Below, in pieces: positions 51,839-64,000 of a stretch of 64,000 nt of DNA. The first letter of the stretch is position 1. Each line of letters starts with the position of its first letter. The notes under the pieces were generated by a model. The model made no database searches. It saw only the letters and a program-made list of their open reading frames with translations, and had not been told where the DNA came from. Position numbers and translations under genes: made by a program. Origin of the DNA: Octopus sinensis (taxonomy: Eukaryota); assembly GCF_006345805.1 (NCBI RefSeq), contig NC_042998.1:128340001-128404000 (forward strand). Reading direction: 5' to 3'.

Positions 51839-54800
51839 TTATTCATCAGAATAATAAAAAGATATGGAGAGAGATATACTGAAACACACACACACACACA
51901 CATGCACGAGCAGCTATTTCACACACACTATCACTATTCCAAATAAGGCACAATGATATAAACTTACAGTAAACTCCGAGCCTAGAACCAAAGTAAAGAA
52001 GCTGATAATTGCTTAATCTATGCTGAAGTTAAACTGCAGATAGTCACCTTACTATTGCATGTACAAGAAACAGTATAAATTTACAGCCTATTTAGAGAGC
52101 AAATGAAAAGCAGAGGAAAGAGATGAAAGATCAGTACAGGAAACAGACAGTAAAAAACAATCAGATTTGGAAATTATAATAGTAGTGGCAGACCACACAA
52201 TAACAGACAGCATCACATTAAAGGCTCTAACATTCACAACTCCACACGAATGCATTTTAAAGAGTATAATAATTCCTTGAAGAGCTGCAGCCAGATAATA
52301 AAGGTTTTAAGGTTTGTATATTGTCAGCAGTATTGTACTGTATCTAATTGTCAAGACAATTCTCAAATGGCTTGTTTCAATACCATGCAGTGTTAGATTC
52401 AAATCTCTTACGAATGCTTTAAATGGGATAGCAACATATCCAGAATATACTACGTGAAAAGACTCCCATGACCTAAACCGAAAATAGAGTTTAACGAACA
52501 TAAAACCATTACAAACAGGTTTAAGAAATGTGGTAGATATACTGAAGTATATGAGTCAGTTTCTCATGGGTAAACCATAAAATACTGTTATAACATACTT
52601 TTATTAACTTGAAATGGTTGAAAGATTAAATGAACTATCTACAACATGACATTTGAAAACCTTATTTCCAGACTCAGCAACTACAACATCCTTTGCTACC
52701 AGAATTAGGAGCTAAGTTGTCACAGATTTTGTAAACGATTTTATGACCTACATAATCCTTTTGCCAAGAACATTTGACCACACATTCATATCATAATAAT
52801 AATAATAACAACAACAATCACTGCTGCATAACAAAATAAAGATCACAGTGGTTGCTTCACTTGCTCAACATATAAACAAACCACCTGGCTAAGCTCTCTA
52901 CCATTAATAATGTGAGGAGTGCATCCCAAAATTAGGATAACACACTGCACACAAGTGATTTTAAGCTATGGTTTATGCAACAACAAAGCAAATTTTCTCT
53001 GTAAACATACATACAAATGAAATTATTTTAACATATCATGAACAGTGACTGCAATAAACAGGTTCATAAAAAGAGTAGAAATAAAATGCAGAGCACAGTA
53101 ACATATTAAATCATACTGTTTTAGTCATGTTCTCACTTAACTCTATTAAGACACAATCTGTATATGTATCTGCAGGGCCTGAGTAAAAGTGGCAGTATGG
53201 ACTGTTTATTCAATAGTTTATCTTTAGTTCATTTTGCCTAACTAAAAGAAATATTAACTTCACGTAAACAGTTTTATTTTTTTCTTTCCAAATTAAATAC
53301 CCTGCAAGGAACCTTTTTTGTTTTCAGCTTGAGAAAAAAGATTTTTTTTTTAAATGCTATCTTCAACTACTTTTTAAGTAAACAGAATGTTAGATTGTTA
53401 AGTGAGGGACCAACCAAAAAATAATCTGGCAATTTTCCAGTTATTTTCTTTTTTTATCTTTTTAGAAAATTTAATAAAATATATAATAAAATAGTTTAAC
53501 TCTCATTTTATCAGAACACAAAAAGGTTAAAATATCTAATACAGAAACTAATGATATCTGCTATTGAGAGCAATAATATTCATTATTATTGTATCAGAAA
53601 ATGTTTACTGCACTGATGCTCCTAATAAGAGTCATACCATTAATATACCCAGATACTTCACATTTCCTGCCATTATAAGACTGAAGTTTTGAAAGACAGC
53701 CATATAAGCTGAAATAACATGTGTATTGAAGGGGGTACTTGAAATTAGCTGGGGTTTTTCTTTACACATACATTAATGACCTGCAATAAAATCCATCTGA
53801 TATCCCAGAAGTTTTGGCAGTAACTAGTGTCAAATGTGCCAAGTTGCTGTCTTTTGTCTTTGAATATGTGGTAACAAAAGGTCTAGTAAGCTATACAAGG
53901 CGAGTATATCTTACTAGACCTTTGCATATGGATGATATTAAACTGAATCTCTGTTCTAACTACTTAGGAAAACTAACCAGTTTATTGTTCAAATTAAATA
54001 GTGACAACAATGTCAAGATAAATAAGAGGTTGAATATGCGAGTTGATCCACCCCACTCCCCACCTGATGAATTCTTAAATATTTAATCATATGGCTGGCA
54101 TTTGAATTTAAAAACTTTGATATGTGGCCGACAATCCTTTATTTGTAGTCAACAATTTCAGACAACTACCCTACAAAAAACATCATAAACTACTGTATTT
54201 AAAAAAAAAAAACTAGAGATTTTTCAAAATTGCACCAAGAGAGACACATTATGTCATTGCCAAACTTAATTGATCCCTATTTTAAAACACAAAATATGAG
54301 AACACAATGGAAAACACTGTCTTAATATTCAGCTCTGCAGGTACGGTGAGCCAAACCTGATGCCGAGACTGGAATACCTGAAAAAAACAATTTTGAAGAA
54401 GATGAAAGCATGGTTGACATCACCCGCATAACTACTACTCTCTTTCATTACAGAACATACACACACACACATATACTCAGTTATATACAATTACTTCACA
54501 TATTTTACAATGCACTTACATACACTCACATGCTTGCATACATGCATACATACAAGTGCAGGCATACTGGCTTGGGTTCCCATGCTGCTCAGTGAAAGAA
54601 GGGAGATAACTACAGATGGTAGCAATGTAGTCTCATAAAAAAAAAAGATGCTATAATAGCATTTAATACACAAGTGTGAAATACGTTCCCTGGCAAAATA
54701 TACTGCTTTTCAGTGTAAAAAGGAAAAAAAAAAACGTTAATTAGACCCATGACGAAAAATAATACCATAATCTTTTTAGTAAATTGTTGTTTTTTTGTTT

Positions 54801-56514
54801 GTTTGTTTGTTTGTTATAACTCAGCACAAAAATTCATTTGTAAGGGATACAACATAACTGAATCAATTCCAACTTACTTCTGGTTTGACAATTCACGGGA
54901 TCAAATGCAAAGCTAGCATAGATTTGAACACAAATATGCCATGCATTAAAAGCATAAAGTACAGGCAAATCTTTGCTATTTTCATCTGTTCCCTAATCAA
55001 AGCATAGAATTCGCCCTAATCTCAACCATTTGCACCTATTCCTTCCTAAACTAGAAAAGAAAGACGAATCAACCCCAGTTACTATCTTGGTACTTATTTT
55101 ATCAATCCCAAAAAGACTTGAACTGTGAATGTAGAATACTAATTACCATTTCTATTCCTCAGTATGGAAATTAAATTTCAAAATTGTCTTAACTAATGAT
55201 ACATTAAGCAATTCAAGATCATAATCACTCTGACTTGAGTTTATTGTTTGAAATATCCAAGATTAAATAAACTAGCTTAAGTTGAACACAACTGTTGTCA
55301 CCTCAATCATGAGACACTGGGATTGCTCAAACAGTTATCCCTTTGCCTCCCTTTCAATTTCTTACAATATTATAATAACCTTTATTGGAGGGAAATGCTA
55401 ATGGGAAGAGACAAAGATGAGGTGCAGAGTGATGGGATAGAAGATTGCTGAAGTTTAAAAATCACCCACTCTACTAAATCAATAAAATGGAAAAGTATTA
55501 AGAAAAAAAAAGACAATCACTTGAGGAATTTAACAAAACAAAAATTTTTTTGCCATCTTAGGATGCACTAAGTAAGTAAAGGTATCACATTAAACTAAGT
55601 ACATTTAGGTGATATATAGTCGGTTGATGGGTGGTAGATGGCAGAAGCATAACATTGGACAAAATATCTTACAGTACTGTTCTTTAGGTTACGTGTTCAA
55701 ATCCCATCAAAGATTAACTTTGCCATATATCTTTCCTGGTCCAATCTGACTATAAATCAAGAGTAGGGATCCCTAAGACAGTCTGATATTGTCTCCAACA
55801 TTGCTCTGGCAGCTTTTGAAATACCACTTGTGTCAAGCTGTTTCAACACTTGCCTTTCTCTTGGAGAATATCAGTAGAATAGAAAGACCGAACACCACAT
55901 CCCAAAAGGACAATCCAGTGTTTCCATGCTGTGCTTAGTCAACACAAACTGAAGCAAAACTTGCTAGGTGCAGATCTATGGTCTCATATCAAAGTTAAAG
56001 AGTCAAATGTTTAGTTAATTAAAACTTAATTCACATCACAGATTGTGAATTCACACCCTACATTATTGTCTTAAAATTCATTAAATACTACTTGCTTCTA
56101 TTTACCTAGGTCGTTTGGTAGAAAGACACCCGAGAAAGATTATGCAACACTATTACTGACCACCAAAGCTCTTAAAATAATTGAAATTTTTACATTTCTT
56201 TATTTTGTAAAGAATAAAGTTTAATAAATATCAATCATTTTAAATATTATTCATAATATATTCAATTCATTACTAGTAAGTAAGCAAACATGGAGAAGCT
56301 TCCCACTTAGAGCTCATTATTTCTCTAGGTTTTCCTGTATTCTTACATAGCTTATATAGCTCAACTTTCTACCTAACCAATTTCTTCTAAGAAAAAAAAA
56401 AAATCCCCACACCTAAATGTATTTGTGATGTTTTCAAAAACTACTTAGAAAGTTACCATATTTGCACCATATAGTTACACTGCAGTATCCCTTCCAACTG
56501 AAGCAAAGCAATCA

Positions 56515-56820
<306 letters not shown>

Positions 56821-57225
56821 TTACCAATATCAATACTAATATAGTAATAATGATGATAATGGAAAATTCTCCTTTATTATTCTGAAAAGTTAGGTCATTC
56901 AAAGACAATTAGCAAGTGGTTAGATTCAAGAATTAGAAGCTGGTTAGATTAGGTAACTGGAAGCTGATTAGATTCCCTTAAAATACACTAATTCAATATA
57001 TTTCACCTTATTCACTAATTAAAAAATCCTAAAAACTTAAATGACAATATGAAACTTTAAATTTTCATAAAAACATACCCATGCAATTGAATCAAAATTT
57101 AAACTATAATAAACTAAAGCTAATTGAAGTAATTACTTTAGACTCAAAATTACTATGGTTTTAATAAACGATCCTAGTTAATCTGAATAAAGAAATAAGA
57201 AATTAAGATTTCATTACTAAAATCA

Positions 57226-57500
<275 letters not shown>

Positions 57501-60500
57501 TCAGTTAGGACAACAATAATATCAGTTAGAATGTGGAGTAGCAACAATAACACAGAAACAGACAAATTAATCAGGAAGCAAAGATCTATTAAAGTTGTGA
57601 CTGCTTACAGAATTTGAGAAATCCTCACTACAATAGGAAATTATTAGTGGACAGTTGCATCAAAAAAAAAAAACATTTTAAAATCATTAGCTACAGTTGC
57701 TGCTGCCATTCATCTTTCATACTGTTTCTTTTGAAACTTTTGCAGAATAGCTTACCTTTTACTGTTTCTCTATTACCTAATAACTGACATCAAGCAGCTG
57801 AATATCAATTATAAATTTAGGAACTCGGATATAAGTGAAACCATCAAGCAATTATGTTTAAATACTCTAAAACTAGTGATATTTTTTATTATTGTTGCCA
57901 CTGCCTTAATCTGGAGCTTACTGTTAAATAAAAATATGCAAAGCAATAATCAGATCAATTAATATATATTAAGTCTTCATCAGAAGTGATGGCTTCAAAC
58001 CAGTCTAAATATGTCTGAGTTTAATTAACCCTAGACTATGCATACAACTTGATCTAACCATGATCAATGTCAGAATTTCAAAAGGACCAGTTTCCTCCAG
58101 TATGGTTGGGTATTAAGTGATGTTCTTGAAGCCTGGTACTGTGACAGCAGAAGTGAATACAGCAACAATGAATTGATAAAACCTGAATTATATATACACA
58201 CATACATGAAAAATTTAATTTCAAAACCGGAAAAAATTCACTAAAGCTACTTCTTTCTTAGTTACATTAATTCACCTAGATAACATCATTTTCCAATGGT
58301 CATATTAACTGGTTTTTAAGAAGTTTTAGGAAAAAAGAAAGTTATGACAATGAGAGGGTGCACAGCCAAAGAAACTCCACAAAAGATGTAGTAGCACAGC
58401 TATAGGTTTCTCAATATATATTTATTAACAAATCTCAATATTAACTAACTGTAGTTCAAACGTGTTATTTTCCCCACCCTTACAGCTCAGTATATAGAAG
58501 TAAAACTTAAGAGACATTCAATAACTTTCATTACAAGCTACCTATCAAAGAATGCTTCAATTTCACTATAAGGTAATTGAATTAATGTAAAGAAAGTATT
58601 TTTTCATTTTGCAATTATAATAGAAAAAGTACTAGTTTGTTATACTTATTTAAGCAAATGCTAACATCAATTCAAATAATGTTTTCAAATAGCAAATTTT
58701 CACTTCATATAAGTATTCTATTCCTTTTTGACTTGACATGGTCAAATTTTCTGAGGAGGGATATAGTTAACTGAGCCAACTTCAGTATAACAAGTATTTT
58801 ATTAACCTCAAAAGTGGCTGAATACAGAACATGGAGAGACAAAACCAAATGTAATGTGTTCAGTACTCTTTCTGCCAACTCTCACAATAATGATTTCTAA
58901 CATTGGCACAGTCCACAAATTTTGAAATCAAGGGAGGTCAACATCTGAACTGGTCCTGGTATACAACTGGTAAATTAAGCCTAGAGATGAAAAGTTACAG
59001 CGCTCTACAACATTGAACAATACAATTCCAGAATGTAGTATATATGATGTACTTTGGTTATATCTGCTATCTATATTTTTGAAACTGCAGTAGTTAATAA
59101 AGACAACTAAATATGATTGAGTAGTTTTAAATCATGGTTAAAATATTAAAAAAAAAATTCTTGTAAAGTTCTAATGTGGAGGATACATAAATAAAAACTT
59201 ATGGTAATACTAACGACTGCTGCTGGCCACATTTGATGTGGTACCAAAATGGAGAAAAGACAACAAAATTATGAATAATTAATAACAACTAAATAAAGTG
59301 GAATTTTCTTTGAAAAAAAAAATAGGAGAGAGATGTATGGAGTGTAAATAATGATGGCAAATATGTTTACTCAGGTGAAAATTCTATTTAAGAACGTTTG
59401 ATAAACGTTTGTCAAAAAAGGATAAGGATTTAGTTTCTTCACCTATCTTTATCTCAAAGTTTAAAGTCAAGTTGATAAAACAATTCTCATAGACAAAAAT
59501 TGAGTTGAGAAAAAAGGAAGGTTAAATTGAATAAAGAAATGTTTAAGTGATACTGAAATTTGTATCAGAATCGAAATTTAAGTCACTATTCACTTGAAAT
59601 TGGAATTTTCATTGTTTTTGTTTCATTTTCAATTACCATCACTCTCAAATTTTGATTTGCAAAAACTTTTAATAATATGAAATTTCAAACCAAAAAATCA
59701 TAACATCTAAACTGCCAGTAACGACAAAAAGCCATTCTAATTATAAATATATAATATATATTTTTTTATTGCAATTTTATCAACTCCTGAAGAGAATTGG
59801 ATACAAAATTGAAACACCAAACTAGCTAATAAGACCATCTCAGAATAAATTACCTACAAAATTTTTGTTATTTGGTTTCTTACTCAAGTGCAAAGTCTCA
59901 AATCCATACACAAGGAAATACGGAAAGTGCAACATTCATACTTTACTCAAAGACATTAGCTAACTTAAGTGAAGTGAATTATCTTCAAAATTAGGATTCT
60001 AAACCAGCTGCAAACATAGTAGACTGGAAATCCCCATTTTTTTCTCAAGCAATTGCTATACTCACACATATTAATTGTATTTTCCATTTTAAATATTGTT
60101 TTATTTTGTTTTTTGTTTGGGGGGGAGGTCCACTATGAACAAAACATGCTATCTCTCAAATGTATAGTAGTAACATAACTGAAGTTCAACCATAACTTCA
60201 ATCTGAAACAAGACTACATCACCAAAGTAAACACACCAACAGTTCTTACTCGTTAAGTAGAAAAAAAAATTAACTCTCATTAATCGAAACAAATAAAAAA
60301 ATATCAGATTATAGCCCAGTTTACTTTTAACAAGCAATATTGAGGCCAAAGATAGTGTTATATAAGTATATTTTACATTTACAAAAGAATGAAAAAAAGC
60401 TTAAATATCTACAAATAAAGAAAAAAAAAAATAAACATAGCTATAACTTCTCCTTTAAGTGATAGTATTGTATCTGAATGGAGATGTTACCTATAGAAAA

Positions 60501-61139
60501 TAAGAGCGCCTGCAGCTAATGAGGCAATGATAGAAACTCAACCAGTTCAATATATTTAGAAACATTACAGCTGTGCTACTAAACAGACACTGGAAAAGAA
60601 AAAAATGGAAATCATTTCATATAATTGTGCGTGTATGCATGCGCACACGCACACACAGAAGCAAATTTTGCATGTAAATTTACAACTAGGTGTGTGTGTG
60701 TGTGTGTACTTGTACAATGTAATTTGCTTTGTATTAATGTGTGTAAATTTATACTAAAAAGCTCACAATACCTACATGTATAATGAATATGCATTTTCTG
60801 TATAAGTGTTCGTGTGAATGCAAGGTGATATGGGGAGAAACTGGGTAAAAAGAGAAACAAAGGTATGAGTTGGAAAGGTAACAGGAAAAATAGAAAGAAT
60901 TGTGTGTACATGTGCGTGCATGTGTTGTATTTCTCATCATCTGCTGTATGGTGACACTGGAAGTATACAGGCAGAACAAGGAAAAAAAAAAGAAAATTAA
61001 AAAAAAGAAAACCAAGTCCTTTTCATTTCCATTTAAAAGAGTAAAGAAAAAAAGAACTACAATAACTGGTCAAACAAGAAGAAAGCCAATCCCTTTGTAA
61101 TTCCCATTATTATTATCAATAATAATAATAACTCTTTTG

Positions 61140-61312
61140 GAGAAGGTCAAGTCGATTACATCAACCCCAGTAGTCAATTGGTACTTATTTTATCAACCTC
61201 AAAAGGATGAAAGGCGAAGTTGACCTTGTCGGGATTTCAACTCGGAATGTAAAGTCGGACAAAATGCTTAGTGGCCTTTTGTCCAGCATGCTAATGATTC
61301 AGCCAGCTTGTT
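61140..61312 (-). mobile_element. CpG-decayed SINE copy (2400 family) in a DHX15 intron
   Basis: Aligns by eye to 17590-17755, with most CG changed to TG or CA. Confidence 0.8.
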
Positions 61313-62712
61313 CCCATAATAATAATAATAATAACAGAATAGCAAAGACCAATCAGAGTAATGATTGAAACAGAAATATAAACCTTTCAATAAAGAGACA
61401 AAAGTAAATCTAAAACAAAATATTTTAAAATTCAATATTGGTAAAATCATTTTTTAAGTTTAGAGGCAAAACTGAAATGTTTTCATATACTTAATGATTT
61501 CACATGAATTTTACTGGAGTAAAACAAGTGTCAAAAATTAATTCTTCTTTTCAATCTCATAACTATTGAAATAAATAGATAGAACTGTATAGTGTGTATA
61601 AAACATTGGTGTTTCATGATCTCCTATCTTGGTCACAACCATTGTACTATGAGGGTCCTATAAAATGGTACAACATACTACTGAGAAATAGAAATAGTCA
61701 CTAGTCAAATGAGAATAATTCAAATAAAAAGAAAAATAATAAACACAAGTCAAATAGAAAAACAACTGTCATTTTGGAGATGTATGAGTGAAAGACTGTG
61801 CATGGGTTTAAGGAAGTTCAGCCAAAATAAAATTAGATCACAACTAAGTAACCGATAAAATTTTAGTGGAGTTGAAGCAAGATCATCTGAAAAGTTCTTT
61901 GAACATTGGTACTTGCTTTGAAAGAAAGAAAACAGCAAAATATGCTAAGTCAAAAATCAACTAAAAAATTTTTTGAAATATACACTGGATCAGCAATACA
62001 CTAAAGAAACTAAAATATGTCCAATATTTTGTAATAAGCAATCTACAACTTAAAAACTTAAAATCCATGAGATAAATTATCTTTATAATACAATAGCTAC
62101 AGAAAAAAGTGTTCTCTACATTATAACAAGGCTGCAGATATACACATCGCATTCACAAAATAACTATAAAGCAAAGTAAAAATATTAAAATAAGACTATT
62201 GAAAATATATAAAGTACAATACATGGATGCAGCCTGCTCCAATCAATATTCATTTTATAATTACATAGCCAACTATTTTCAAACCTGAGCACTTGGGCAG
62301 TATTTTAAACCATCCCCCAATTACAAAAAAAAAAGGAAAAAAAAAAACTATCTCTTGTCTGATCCAGTCAATCACAAAATACATGTATATTAAAAAAAAC
62401 ATAACATACTATGTCCAAATTATGTGGAGGATCTAACTGAGGGAACTGAAATTATGGCACACTGATCATGTCTAACTTGCTTGTCTCTCCTAACAGCCAT
62501 TAACAAAGCCTTTGACTATGAACAAACCAAATAAAATGATTGCTACAACCCCATCATTGCACACCACCCAACCACTGCATGTCAAAATGCTTAGTATGGT
62601 CCTAGATAGACTCAAGTATAATGTGCATGTAATTGTTAAATCCATATAGCTCTACTCTAGCAGTCAGTCATCATAACCAGTTTTAATAAGTGTGGAAAGT
62701 ATGAGCTAATTA

Positions 62713-63126
<414 letters not shown>

Positions 63127-64000
63127 TCAACTTTGTCAAATAACAAGAGACAGATTACAGAATCTGAAAAATAATTACAACACAAACGCAAAACAGTATC
63201 ATATCTTAGGGTGACTACTAATAAAGACTGACCCAGACCTAAGCAGTTCATTTAAGGAAGACTAACAGTTACCCATGTATGCAGGTTTCCTTTCTCCATG
63301 CCATCACCTTAGAGTAGATATAGCATCACACCAGTGGCATCAGAGGTGTTGCTTTCAAAATACCAAGAGATGAAACAAATATCACAAAGCCCCTTGTTCA
63401 ATGTTCTAACAGATCCATCAATCTACCACTTTCAGCTTTTCAACTCCAAAACAATGAAAGAAAAAAGCTGACCTCAGCAGGACTTCATTTCACAGCAACT
63501 GATGGTTGGAGCAAATACTGTAAAGCATTAGGAAAGGCATCCATCCATAGAAACCATGCTAAAGCAGACAGTGGAGCTTGGTGCAGTCCTCTGACCTGCT
63601 AGTTCCTTTTGAAAAATCCAGCATAGAAAATAGACACTTGCCCTTTAGCATTCAGATTACTGTCAAAAGTAATGCTTATTTATTCATAATTTTTAAAATT
63701 AATCCTGTATAATCTTGTAGCTTTGAAATTTTGAAGATGTAATTTTTATTTTTAGAATGACATTGCAGTTGCAGGACAGGTGTGATGTTGGATCTGGCCT
63801 GCTTGAACATAAAACAGGCTAAATATTTGGGCTAGATATAGCCTGTTAAAATGATAATGGGTTAAATGATGATGATGCATCTTCTACCTAATGCATTCAC
63901 CACCTTAATATCACATCAATTCTTTTTAATTATACATATCCAAGAAACAGACATGCACTGGTATTAGCAGGTATAGATCAGTCTAAATGCAATCCAAGAT

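Overview
AT-rich, microsatellite- and TE-dense eukaryotic genomic DNA. The repeat landscape suggests a cephalopod (Octopus-like); this is inferred, not verified. The window holds the 3' halves of two convergent spliced genes. On +, an animal heme peroxidase has four phase-consistent exons (3006-19096) and ends in a TSP1 domain plus a Cys-bounded Arg/Trp-rich tail. On -, the spliceosomal DEAH helicase DHX15/Prp43 has five exons (62984-48877). The peroxidase introns and the ~30 kb intergenic region carry tRNA-derived SINE arrays, R4/Dong-, CR1-, Tx1- and RTE-type LINE fragments, mariner/pogo/hAT remnants, a Helentron-like element containing a Gypsy fragment, and a Naiad-type Penelope-like element with ~1 kb inverted terminal repeats. 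Main signals: (1) at least eight sites with minimal type I hammerhead-ribozyme motifs from several unrelated repeats, mostly beside (TA)n tracts; (2) a structured, stop-containing alternative 3' splice site in DHX15; (3) the peroxidase-TSP1-cationic hairpin architecture; (4) a CpG-decay boundary visible in SINE copies. Most ORFs in the supplied track are microsatellite artefacts. Coordinates were counted by hand, and repeat boundaries are approximate.
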